Counted from the first letter of the stretch, positions 56,001 through 64,000 are shown. The stretch is 64,000 nucleotides of DNA from an uncultured Bacteroidales bacterium (GCA_964502355.1 CAZCWK010000004.1:16470-80469); one strand, 5' to 3'. The notes: a model not told the origin generated them from the sequence alone. Program-made: numbers and translations.

Positions 56001-56136
56001 CCCGGGTTCAGCGGTTTTGGTTGAAGAAAACAACTTGTACAAATTGAGAACTAACCGTTCACAGTCACTTGCAGAAACTATAAGACTTGCAAGAAAGGTA
56101 CAGGCAACAGGAGTTTTGGGAGTATTTCCCGAGTAA
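53086..56136 (+). CDS. Large outer-membrane protein, usher candidate, with C-terminal carboxypeptidase-regulatory-like and SPOR domains
   Basis: 1016 aa with a signal peptide. Long region of aromatic-terminated strand-like segments. Block VIELYINNVLTAY..SDASGFYTF..PIVYGTSNIVLRFYGPGGEIRSEQKTFNMPY. Block GEISGQV.D..G.GLGRILIVF. SPOR-like YCLQLGAYKT...LYKLRT. Confidence 0.55.
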   Translation: MTVKLFNNFKNHSLSFCIMLLLVSFGAKSYAQDEFDSSVLDAFNVTIKIDDVGSYIFPALYQDPDGLYIPVESLFSLLKVVNKTSEEGKIVKGFFETEANPYEINFPKRFITFKGKTVKIDSTEAVMDMGTLYLKASAYQKAFGFTMSLNFRALTASFKSEFELPVVKLNKQEKAREKAGAKGGDEVAYDTIYKRDYHWMRGGMIDWSVASSQAKEYVSETRVEFGGGAEVLGGEANIFLNWSNVYGMNRQQQNYSWRWADNDAKVVKQIQLGRVNSRSVASLLSPIDGFTLTNAPTTVRKALGSYVISDYTDPDWVIELYINNVLTAYTRSDASGFYTFTMPIVYGTSNIVLRFYGPGGEIRSEQKTFNMPYNMLPKGEFEYKITGGALMDSLDSKYGRAETNFGIARWLSAGIGAEYLSSISVIDTTGFSSPVIPFANFTLQPFSKLLITGEYAHKVRWKTTMNLTLPGRSVLELNYARYTPGQKAIIYNYLEERMGSFSMPYKLRNLSGYAKASVRQNIYANFTYNSSELMLAANYRDYNMNYSNFLNWTPAGNTNVYGNLALGFKFGKYLSFRPSAQYNYTTNNLISIKGEVESKMFKDANVAFRYENSVMSKTHSFNLSFRYDLPYVSTYVAAGYSNRQLQSSESARGSFSFGSGKKYVIVDKRGSVGRSGLTIESFVDVNFNGKRDKGEPSTERLKVRCSGGQMQVREKDSVVRITGLEPFVAYTLILDETSFESLTWKLPFKNVKVTTDPNQFKKVLVPVLPMGEISGQVADDKGNGLGRILIVFKDSQGKKVAQTISESDGYFTYIGFKPGDYQVGIDSIQLQILKRESDPVMVTVKPDVQGDVVDAGNIEWRDMPGYINGRSIKELQEEADRKTAESGMIGGTKPTEAKPVVSKPAIRRPEPTVISLPEHKADSENIRVKKIVPWSMEIAVVHYVDGTYCLQLGAYKTFKPGEDMLKKVLRLFPGSAVLVEENNLYKLRTNRSQSLAETIRLARKVQATGVLGVFPE

Positions 56137-56165
56137 ATTTTAGAAAAGAAATAAAAATATATATT

Positions 56166-56516
56166 ATGGTTTGTAAAGACACTTATATGAAGCTTGTAAA
56201 ACAGGGAGACCACTGGCGGATGGACGGCAAGACGTTCGCTAAGTTCATTTCCCATGTTTCGGGCTATTTTATATCCAACGAATATATGAAGGACATATCT
56301 GTGGATGATGTTTTGTATGCCGACATTTCATCTGACGATCTCTATGTGGTAAGTGCCATTTTCGGAGCTTACTCTCCGAATGAGAATACCATAATACTTG
56401 CACCTGTTCATCCGGGTACTTTCATCTTGCCGTGGCTAAATTATTTCCAGATGAATGTCTGTGAAAAAGCTGAAATAGACAATCGTATGAGATCCATACT
56501 TATGAAAGCTGTATAA
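56166..56516 (+). CDS. Hypothetical protein at the tail of the pilus operon
   Basis: 116-aa ORF with no recognisable motif and no signal peptide. The operon terminator follows it. Confidence 0.3.
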   Translation: MVCKDTYMKLVKQGDHWRMDGKTFAKFISHVSGYFISNEYMKDISVDDVLYADISSDDLYVVSAIFGAYSPNENTIILAPVHPGTFILPWLNYFQMNVCEKAEIDNRMRSILMKAV

Positions 56517-56542
56517 AAAAGAAACAAAATTTATAATACCTT

Positions 56543-56573
56543 AAGCCCTGAAGCCATACTTCGGGGCTTTTTT
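56543..56573 (+). terminator. Rho-independent terminator
   Basis: AAGCCCTGAAG-ccata-CTTCGGGGCTT (11 bp, one G-U pair) followed by T6. Confidence 0.8.
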
Positions 56574-56671
56574 ATCGTTTCAAGTGATTATCTTTGTATT
56601 CAGATAGGTATGAAGATTGAAATGTCTGCAGATGCTAATCCGGCGGTACATTATTTTAAAGAAGTTGATTC

Positions 56672-59164
56672 ATGAGATTATCCGAATTAAATACTGGTGA
56701 GAAGGCTGTTGTCGTGAAGGTTTTGGGACACGGTGGTTTCAGGAAACGTATCATTGAGATGGGTTTCGTGAGGGGCAAGGTTGTGAAATCTGTACAGAAT
56801 GCACCGCTTCTTGATCCGGTTAAGTACAGGGTAATGTCTTACGAGGTTTCACTCAGGAGGAATGAAGCCGAAAATATTGAGGTTATTAGTCTCTCTGAAG
56901 CCATGAAAGCTGAATCCAATCAGAACCTTCAGGGACTGGTTGAAGAAGAAATACTCAGAAAATCTGCTTTTGAAAAGCGTAAAACAATAAATGTTGCTCT
57001 TGTCGGAAACCCTAACTGCGGGAAAACTACACTCTTTAACCGTGCTTCAGGTGCACATGAGCACGAAGGCAATTACAGCGGTGTAACTGTGGATGCCAAG
57101 GAGGGCTCTTTTAAGTTTAACGGTTATACCATTCGTTTGATAGACCTGCCCGGCACTTACTCCCTGTCTGCATATAGTCCTGAAGAGCTTTATGTCAGAA
57201 AGCATATCACTGATGATGCTCCTGATGTAGTCCTGAATGTCGTGGATTCATCAAATCTCGAGCGTAACTTGTTCCTCACGACTCAACTGATTGATATGAA
57301 TGTCAGGATGGTTGTGGCTCTTAATATGTTTGATGAGCTTGAAGATAAGGGTAATAAGCTGGATTACAAGCAGCTTGGTCATTTGCTGGGTATTCCTATG
57401 GTGCCTACAGTGGCAAGGAAGGGCAAAGGTATTGAGAAGTTGTTTAAGACAATTATCAGTATATATGAGAATACCGACTTCCTAACCAAAGATGGCAAAG
57501 TCAAAAAGCATGAGTTGGAGGAACTTCATGATATCTATCACAAGATTGACATAGACCATCATGCGATTGATGATTTCAGAGATGAAAAGAAAGTTTCATT
57601 CTCACGGCATATTCATGTCAATCACGGTCAGGCGGTTGAGGCAGCTATAAATGCTGTAAGAAATGAGATAATACTCAATGAGAAGCTCAGGGCGAAGTAT
57701 TCGACGAGGTTTCTTTCTATAAAACTTTTGGAAGGGGATAAGGATATTGAAAATATCATTTCCGGACTTCCAAATGCTCTGGTTATATTTAATGTTCGTG
57801 ACAAGGTTGTAAAAGATATACAGAATGAACTAAAAGAAGATGCTGAGTCTGCTGTAACTAATGCGAAATATGGTTTCATATCGGGCGCTCTTGCTGAAAC
57901 CTTTAAGGAGAACAAAAAACATAAGGCTACAAAGACCGGTAAGATTGACAAGATACTGCTTAACAAGTATCTGGGCTATCCGATTTTCTTGTTGTTTATG
58001 TTCGTGATGTTCGAGTGCACATTTGTTTTGGGTGAATATCCGAAACAATGGATTGAGAGCCTCGTGGATTTGTTCTCCTTTTTTGTAAGGGAAAATATGG
58101 CAGCCGGACCGCTAAAAGATCTGCTTGTTGATGGTATCATAGGTGGTGTAGGCGGGGTTATTGTTTTTTTACCCAACATCCTGATACTGTACTTCTTTAT
58201 TTCTATAATGGAGGATACCGGGTATATGTCCAGGGCGGCTTTTATCATGGATAAACTAATGCATAAGATGGGTCTTCATGGTAAGTCTTTCATACCGATG
58301 ATCATGGGTTTCGGTTGTACTGTTCCGGCCATAATGGCTACACGTACCATAGAGAGCCGTAACAGCAGGCTGATTACTATACTTGTTACTCCGCTTATGT
58401 CCTGTAGTGCCAGATTGCCGGTATATTTGCTGCTGGCGGGTGCTTTCTTCCCGGAATATGCAGGTCTGGTGCTTTTCGGAGTCTATCTTTTTGGCATAAT
58501 TTTATCGGTAATCTTTGCCAGAATCTTCAAGAAGTTGTTTTTTAAGGGTGAGGATTTGCCTTTTGTAATGGAGTTGCCTCCTTACCGCAAGCCGACAATG
58601 AAAGCGACTGTACGTCATATGTGGGAAAAGGGCAAGCAATATCTGAAGAAGATGGGTTCGGTTATTCTCTTTGCTTCAATTTTGATATGGTTTCTCGGGT
58701 ATTATCCTCGTAATCAGGCTTATGTTGATAATCCCACTCCGCAGAATCATAAACTCCAGCACGAAAATTCATATATCGGCAAGGTTGGTCATTTTGTTGA
58801 ACCTGCTTTGAAACCGTTAGGTTTTGATTGGAAGATTGGGGTTTCGCTCGTAACGGGCATCACTGCCAAAGAAATTGTTGTAAGCACCATGTCTGTGCTA
58901 TACACAAAAGGTGATTCTTCAATGGATCTGGCTGAAAGACTGCGTGCAGAGAAATACTCAGACGGGACATCCGTATACAATGAAGCAGTAGCTCTTGCGC
59001 TGATAGTTTTCGTACTGATTTATATGCCCTGCATTGCAACAATCACCGCTATCAAGCAGGAAACCGGGACCTGGAGATGGGCTCTCTTTGAAGTCTTTTA
59101 CACTATTGCGCTTGCCTGGTTAGCGGCATTCGTGGTTTACAGGGTTGGGCTATTGATTTTTTGA
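56672..59164 (+). CDS. feoB: Ferrous iron transporter, FeoA-FeoB fusion
   Basis: 830 aa. N-terminal FeoA (LSELNTGEKAVVVKV...), G domain GNPNCGKTTLFN...DLPGTYSL, and a polytopic C-terminal region. Confidence 0.9.
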   Translation: MRLSELNTGEKAVVVKVLGHGGFRKRIIEMGFVRGKVVKSVQNAPLLDPVKYRVMSYEVSLRRNEAENIEVISLSEAMKAESNQNLQGLVEEEILRKSAFEKRKTINVALVGNPNCGKTTLFNRASGAHEHEGNYSGVTVDAKEGSFKFNGYTIRLIDLPGTYSLSAYSPEELYVRKHITDDAPDVVLNVVDSSNLERNLFLTTQLIDMNVRMVVALNMFDELEDKGNKLDYKQLGHLLGIPMVPTVARKGKGIEKLFKTIISIYENTDFLTKDGKVKKHELEELHDIYHKIDIDHHAIDDFRDEKKVSFSRHIHVNHGQAVEAAINAVRNEIILNEKLRAKYSTRFLSIKLLEGDKDIENIISGLPNALVIFNVRDKVVKDIQNELKEDAESAVTNAKYGFISGALAETFKENKKHKATKTGKIDKILLNKYLGYPIFLLFMFVMFECTFVLGEYPKQWIESLVDLFSFFVRENMAAGPLKDLLVDGIIGGVGGVIVFLPNILILYFFISIMEDTGYMSRAAFIMDKLMHKMGLHGKSFIPMIMGFGCTVPAIMATRTIESRNSRLITILVTPLMSCSARLPVYLLLAGAFFPEYAGLVLFGVYLFGIILSVIFARIFKKLFFKGEDLPFVMELPPYRKPTMKATVRHMWEKGKQYLKKMGSVILFASILIWFLGYYPRNQAYVDNPTPQNHKLQHENSYIGKVGHFVEPALKPLGFDWKIGVSLVTGITAKEIVVSTMSVLYTKGDSSMDLAERLRAEKYSDGTSVYNEAVALALIVFVLIYMPCIATITAIKQETGTWRWALFEVFYTIALAWLAAFVVYRVGLLIF

Positions 59165-59209
59165 TTTATAAATTCCGGCTATTTGTCAATTTTGTGAGTC
59201 ATAAACCAT

Positions 59210-60229
59210 CTATTTTTTATCAATTTTATCAGTCTGAGATTTCAAGTCCCTTATTGCTCTGTCGAAATCACTCTCGTATTGTAGCATTTCTTTGTGGCGA
59301 TATACTTTATACTCTTGTGTTGCCTTTTCAATTGCTTGTTTGCGAGTAACTGTTCCGGCGTTGTCAAGCAAGGGGCGATTACCAATAGATAGTATATTGT
59401 CTAGTTTCTCAATCCACTGTTGCATTGTCATTGCCTGCTGTTCGATTGCTTGTAATTCTGCAAAATCAAGATATTGAGAAACCAATAAATTTAAGATTTG
59501 CAATTCTTTTTCTGAAAGATAGTTTTTTGCAATTTTGACGTCATCACGAGTTATGTAATCTCCCTTAAAGTTGGTCATGCCCAGCATTGCTTTTTCAGCA
59601 TCCACTCTTTGAAATATTACTTCTGCTGCAGTATGTTGATGAGCTGCATAATGCATTTTATTTTGAACAGTTGCGAAAAAAAGGCGGGTTATATCTGCTC
59701 GTGGATCATAGTCTATTGAAGTCGCATAAATATCAGTAACTTGTTGATACAGATTGCGCTCGCTTGAACGAATATCCCTGATTCTTTGTAATAATTCGCG
59801 AAAATATCGATTACCATTGCCTTTGAGGCGTTCATCATCAATAGTAAATCCCTTTTGGATATATTCATGAAGCCGTAGTGTTGCCCATTGTCTGAAACGT
59901 GTTGCTACTTGAGACTTAACACGATAACCTATAGAAATTATCATATCCAGATTATAGTGCTCAATCTGTCTTTTTACTGATCTGTTGCCTTCATTTCTAA
60001 CTAACAAGAAATACTTGTGAGTTGCTTCCTTTTTTAATTCACCTTCGTCTAAAATGCTATTTATGTGCAAGCTGATATTTTGCTGGGTTGTATCAAACAA
60101 TTGAGCAATTTGTTGTTGCGAAAGCCAAATATCCTGGCTGTCAAAGCGAACATTGATATTTGTCACACCATTGTCATCTTGATACAGGATAAATTGACTA
60201 TTTGTAAGTTGGGTTTTATCTTCAGGCAT
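59210..60229 (-). CDS. RhuM-family (virulence-associated) protein
   Basis: Start set at MPEDKTQL, because the track's longer start would overlap rhaM. Block HYNLDMIISIGYRVKSQVATRFRQWAT is typical of RhuM. Confidence 0.7.
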   Translation of the reverse strand: MPEDKTQLTNSQFILYQDDNGVTNINVRFDSQDIWLSQQQIAQLFDTTQQNISLHINSILDEGELKKEATHKYFLLVRNEGNRSVKRQIEHYNLDMIISIGYRVKSQVATRFRQWATLRLHEYIQKGFTIDDERLKGNGNRYFRELLQRIRDIRSSERNLYQQVTDIYATSIDYDPRADITRLFFATVQNKMHYAAHQHTAAEVIFQRVDAEKAMLGMTNFKGDYITRDDVKIAKNYLSEKELQILNLLVSQYLDFAELQAIEQQAMTMQQWIEKLDNILSIGNRPLLDNAGTVTRKQAIEKATQEYKVYRHKEMLQYESDFDRAIRDLKSQTDKIDKK

Positions 60230-60240
60230 AAATAATACGT

Positions 60241-60630
60241 TTATTTGTACAAATAAAACATTCTGTCCATTAGCTGCCATTTTTCAGCTGATGAAGCTCC
60301 GGGTTTCGCAATCTGGAAGATTGACATGTATTCCTCCCATTCTGCCTGGCGGTCGAGGGTGGCAAGTTTAGCCATGGCTGATTCCCATTCAAAGTCAAGA
60401 GGGGTTTCGACAATCATAAACAACCTTGTGCCGAGTATATATAGCTCCATCTCGAGGATGCCTACTTCACGGATGCCGGCTCTGATCTCAGGCCATGCTT
60501 CGGCTTCACTATGGCGTTTAACATATTCCTTAATCAACTCCGGATCATCTTTAAGGTCAAGTGTCTGGCAGTAGCGTTTTACGGGTTGATCGTATTCCTG
60601 TACTTTGTATCCTGTAAGTTTTGTTTCCAT
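60241..60630 (-). CDS. rhaM: L-rhamnose mutarotase
   Basis: 129 aa. KRYCQTLDLKDDPELIKEYVKRH...WPE...GI..MEIY..G.RLFMI.E pattern. Confidence 0.75.
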   Translation of the reverse strand: METKLTGYKVQEYDQPVKRYCQTLDLKDDPELIKEYVKRHSEAEAWPEIRAGIREVGILEMELYILGTRLFMIVETPLDFEWESAMAKLATLDRQAEWEEYMSIFQIAKPGASSAEKWQLMDRMFYLYK

Positions 60631-60775
60631 AGTTTTTTTGATAAAATGATTTGCGACAAATTTAGTGTTTTTAATTTTTTCAAATCAGAAAAATTTTTCA
60701 TTGAGGATTGGGAACTAAACAAGTACCTGTTTTGTTAATATTTAGCTTGTTATTTTGATGCTTTAAAGCTGTTTG

Positions 60776-60832
60776 GAATTCCGGTGCACGCTAACCCCGC
60801 TGCTTTGAGGCGAGAAGATTTGATGCTTTTCC
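60776..60832. repeat. Copy C of the GAATTCCGG intergenic repeat
   Basis: GAATTCCGGTGCACGCTAACCCCGCTGCTTTGAGGCGAGAAGATTTGATGCTTTTCC. Collinear with copy A. Confidence 0.7.
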
Positions 60833-61064
60833 ACGGACTTTTAAAATTAATCACAGAAATCAGTAAAATGATACGAAATAAAACAAGTAAAAACTTGTAT
60901 AAATCAATTATTATTATTTATTTTGTAGTAGAAAATTTATTTTGTTAATTAGAGTTTTTGCAAAGAAGTTTTCAGATAATAAACTTAAATATATAAAAAT
61001 GAAACTCATGGCAGAGTATCTATGGGTTATTTAAAAGAAATTCAACTATAAAAACTATTTACAA

Positions 61065-61568
61065 ATGGCAACAATCACATTTAAAGGCGGTCCGGTACAA
61101 ACTTCAGGTAATCTTCCTTCAGTAGGAAGTAAAGCAAAAAATTTCTGTCTTACAGGTGCAAATCTGGCTGATGTATCTCTGGCAGATTATGCTGGCAAAA
61201 GAGTTGTAATGAATATTTTCCCTAGTATTGATACAGGTGTTTGCGCTGCTTCTGTAAGGCGTTTTAATGCAGAAGTTGAAAAACTGGCAAACACTGTTGT
61301 ATTATGTATTTCAGCAGACCTTCCATTTGCTGCAAGTCGTTTCTGTGCTGCTGAAGGTCTATCTAATGTTGTTACCCTTAGTGAGTTGCGTCAGCCCCGA
61401 AGCTTTGGTGAAGATTATGGACTTCGTATGGTAGACGGGCCTTTGGCAGGTCTTATGTCACGTTCCGTAGTTGTTCTTGACGAAACCGGAACTGTAATTT
61501 ACACCGAGCAAGTACCTGATATCGTGCAGGAGCCGGCTTATGAGCCAGTTGTTGCGTTGCTGAAATAA
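61065..61568 (+). CDS. tpx: Thiol peroxidase (atypical 2-Cys peroxiredoxin)
   Basis: 167 aa. Contains FPSIDTGVCA (peroxidatic Cys) and LPFAASRFC (resolving Cys). Confidence 0.9.
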   Translation: MATITFKGGPVQTSGNLPSVGSKAKNFCLTGANLADVSLADYAGKRVVMNIFPSIDTGVCAASVRRFNAEVEKLANTVVLCISADLPFAASRFCAAEGLSNVVTLSELRQPRSFGEDYGLRMVDGPLAGLMSRSVVVLDETGTVIYTEQVPDIVQEPAYEPVVALLK

Positions 61569-61687
61569 AATGAATTTATGGCAATATCTATGAATGCTTA
61601 TTATAATTAGTTGAGGCGTAATTGAAATAAAAGTGCTCTTAGTTTATAGATTTTTGGTGTTTTATTGAAAAAGTTCATTCTTGCTGT

Positions 61688-61728
61688 GACCCGGTTCAAG
61701 CTTTTGCTTCGATTCGGGTCTTTTTTTT
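61688..61728 (+). terminator. Rho-independent terminator of tpx
   Basis: GACCCGgttcAAGC-tttt-GCTTcgattCGGGTC followed by T8. Confidence 0.7.
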
Positions 61729-61841
61729 GCCGGAAATCATAAGCAAACATCTAAAACTAGTATAAAAGAGCAAAATCTATTAATTTTTCCTTTTACTGAT
61801 TACATTTGTATAATAATGTCACAGCAAAAAAGTCTAAAATC

Positions 61842-63617
61842 ATGAAACGCACAAGATTACTTGCATTGTTAATTCTTTTATCGGTTTCACAAATAATTAT
61901 TGCATTACCCCCTGTTTTCGGGAGTGAATACGAAGGCAAGACGCAGAAAGATGAGCTGACCAGAACTTTCATCTCTCCTCAAAGGATTGTCTGGAAGTTT
62001 GCCGGGAAGAATAATAATCTTGTCAAGGATGAGCAGTTCCTGCTTAATCAGGGTAACAGCCAGTCTGAAATGGGAAAACGCAACATGTGTACTGTTACAA
62101 GCACACTTGATGATACTGCAGGGATTATTCTTGATTACGGGCGTGAATTACACGGTGGTCTTCAACTTGTAATGGGCTCATCAACCTGGAGGCAGCCTTC
62201 GCTTGTAAGAATCCGTTTTGGTGAATCGGTAGGTGAGGTCAACAGCACTACAAATAATTCAGAATGGAAAGTCGGATATTCTACTGACGATCATGCTAAA
62301 AGAGATATAATTATGGAAATCCCCCGTGACGGATCAATCGAAATCGGAAATACCGGTTTCAGATTTGTAAGGATTGATTTGTTACAAATGTTAACTACAA
62401 TCAGGATTAAGGAAGCGCGTGCAGTACTGCGTTACCGTGATATTGATTATGTGGGTTCATTCAAAAGCAGTGACGAAAGGTTGAATAAAATCTGGATGAC
62501 AGCAGCATATACCGTACATCTCAACATGCAGGAATTTCTTTGGGACGGAATTAAACGGGACAGGCTTGTATGGCTTGGGGATATGCATCCTGAGGTTTCG
62601 ACAATAATGAGGGTCTTTGGTAATAACGAAGTTGTGCCTAAAAGTCTTGACCTTGCATGTCAACAATTTCCTCTGCCCGGATGGATGAACAATATGAGCT
62701 CTTATTCTTTATGGTATCTGATTATTCAGTATGAGTGGTACATGCAAAACGGTGATTTGAACTTTCTTAAAAAACATAAGGATTACATAATCGGGTTGGT
62801 CAAACAAATAGATGGCAGGATTGATGAAAACGGGAATCAGGATTTTTCACCGAGACTTTTTCTTGACTGGCCTTCAAGCCCGAATCCAAAAGGTGTCGAA
62901 GCAGGTTTAAGAGGTTTATCTGCCTGGGCTTTAAAGGATGCTGAGAAATTATGTAATTATCTTGGTGAAACCCAATCAGCGGATATTTGTAATGCTGCAC
63001 TTCAGCGACTCTCAAAACAAACTTTGCCCCATAACGGATTGAAACAGGCTGCGGCATTGATGTCAATTAGCGGTCAGATGGAACCCCGCAAAGCGACTGA
63101 TGAAGTCATTGCCGTCGGTGGTCCGAAAGGTTTCTCTACATTCTATGGTTATTACATGCTTCAGGCATTGGCTTTATCTGGTGATTATGATCTGGCTATT
63201 GATATAATCGATAAGTACTGGGGTGGAATGCTTGATATGGGTGCAACGACTTTCTGGGAAGATTTTGATCTTGACTGGACAGTAAATGCTGGCAGACTTG
63301 ATGAAATGAAACCTCCGGGCAAGAAAGATATTCACGGAGATTTCGGGGCATATTGTTATCCCGGTTTCAGACATAGTTTTTGTCACGGTTGGTCATCGGG
63401 TCCTGCAGCCTGGCTTAGCGAAAATGTGCTGGGAGTAAAAGTAATTGAACCTGGTTGCAAAACATTAAAGATAGAGCCTCATCTTGGCAAGCTTGAATGG
63501 GCGGAAGGGACGTATCCGACCCCTAAAGGTGTGGTAAGTATCAAACATGTACGTACGGCTGACGGGAAAATCAAAACTACAGTAAAAGCTCCGAATGGAA
63601 TTAAAATAATTAAATAA
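61842..63617 (+). CDS. Secreted six-hairpin glycoside hydrolase, alpha-L-rhamnosidase-like (GH78-related)
   Basis: Start set at MKRTRLLALLILL (signal peptide). The track start at 61806 is TTG. Blocks DR.VW.GD, TFWEDFD and FCHGWSSGPAAWL recall the rhamnosidase catalytic domain. Adjacent to rhaM. Confidence 0.5.
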   Translation: MKRTRLLALLILLSVSQIIIALPPVFGSEYEGKTQKDELTRTFISPQRIVWKFAGKNNNLVKDEQFLLNQGNSQSEMGKRNMCTVTSTLDDTAGIILDYGRELHGGLQLVMGSSTWRQPSLVRIRFGESVGEVNSTTNNSEWKVGYSTDDHAKRDIIMEIPRDGSIEIGNTGFRFVRIDLLQMLTTIRIKEARAVLRYRDIDYVGSFKSSDERLNKIWMTAAYTVHLNMQEFLWDGIKRDRLVWLGDMHPEVSTIMRVFGNNEVVPKSLDLACQQFPLPGWMNNMSSYSLWYLIIQYEWYMQNGDLNFLKKHKDYIIGLVKQIDGRIDENGNQDFSPRLFLDWPSSPNPKGVEAGLRGLSAWALKDAEKLCNYLGETQSADICNAALQRLSKQTLPHNGLKQAAALMSISGQMEPRKATDEVIAVGGPKGFSTFYGYYMLQALALSGDYDLAIDIIDKYWGGMLDMGATTFWEDFDLDWTVNAGRLDEMKPPGKKDIHGDFGAYCYPGFRHSFCHGWSSGPAAWLSENVLGVKVIEPGCKTLKIEPHLGKLEWAEGTYPTPKGVVSIKHVRTADGKIKTTVKAPNGIKIIK

Positions 63618-63675
63618 TATTGGTTTCTACTATAGTTCATTTTACGGACAGATATAAGTATTAAAATTATGGCAT

Positions 63676-64000
63676 ATGAAAACTGTTAAAATTTATCTGA
63701 CTTTAACGGCAATGATTTTGATTTGCTTCGTTGGTAATGCACAAAAATCTGCCAGCGATAAGAAGTATTCTGAAATTGCCAATTATGATGAAAGTAAAGT
63801 TCCCGTTTATTCTCTTCCGGATGTACTTCAGACCATTAACGGTGATAAAGTAACAACTGTAGGAGAGTGGGAAAAGATCAGACGTCCTGAAATATTAGGG
63901 ATGTTAACTACATATATGTATGGAAAAACACCGGGAAGACCTGCTGATTTACATTGGGTAGTCAGGTCTGTTGATAATAAGGCTCTTGACGGGCGGGCGA
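63676..64000 (+). CDS. Secreted esterase-like protein, 3'-truncated (possibly CE15 glucuronoyl esterase-like)
   Basis: Open frame from the ATG at 63676 to the window end. It is absent from the track because it has no stop. Signal peptide MKTVKIYLTLTAMILICFVGNAQ. The N-terminal pattern YDESKVP.Y.LPD.L...G..V....W...RRPEIL is recalled from CE15 enzymes. Confidence 0.4.
   Translation, partial: MKTVKIYLTLTAMILICFVGNAQKSASDKKYSEIANYDESKVPVYSLPDVLQTINGDKVTTVGEWEKIRRPEILGMLTTYMYGKTPGRPADLHWVVRSVDNKALDGRA

Noticed and set aside
60230-60280. Longer start of the RhuM ORF
   Set aside because: It would overlap the rhaM 3' end by 40 nt. The internal ATG at 60229 (MPEDKTQL) gives a non-overlapping gene.

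Overview
This is a low-GC bacterial chromosome segment that looks like Bacteroidota, probably Bacteroidales. The taxon call rests on several features read from the sequence: a T9SS-type C-terminal sorting domain, TAnnTTTG -7 boxes, a FeoA-FeoB fusion, the conserved exbB-exbD-exbD-tonB-pstS-like-TPR operon, and a Bacteroidales-type HU-like gene. No search tools were available, so every family name is recognised from motifs by eye and from memory. Layout: 1-22.2 kb and 56.6-64 kb are ordinary housekeeping or carbohydrate genes (pepD, two Ton energising clusters, eno, pdxJ, nadK, rplS, ferredoxin, feoAB, rhaM, tpx, a rhamnosidase-like hydrolase). The central 22.3-56.5 kb is accessory and contains five parts. 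(1) A dense two-component cluster: a LytS-type hybrid kinase, a soluble REC-kinase, two REC-LuxR regulators and a degenerate receiver. (2) A 4548-aa T9SS-targeted surface protein built from five ~700-770-aa modules. (3) A small insert carrying a RES/Xre toxin-antitoxin pair, an AlbA_2-type ATP-binding protein, an ABC-type ATPase with an unknown partner (candidate defence pair) and an HU-like gene. (4) The most interesting locus: six tandem small secreted paralogues (DUF4402/SCPU-like), a PapD-like periplasmic chaperone and a 1016-aa outer-membrane protein with a C-terminal SPOR domain. This reads as a chaperone-usher-like pilus operon in a phylum not classically associated with that pathway. 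(5) A seventh pilin-like paralogue embedded in the regulator operon. The giant adhesin gene and the pilin operon have promoters with an identical 21-nt element and the same downstream register, which suggests one co-regulated surface-adhesion regulon. No rRNA, tRNA, CRISPR array, integrase or transposase was found.
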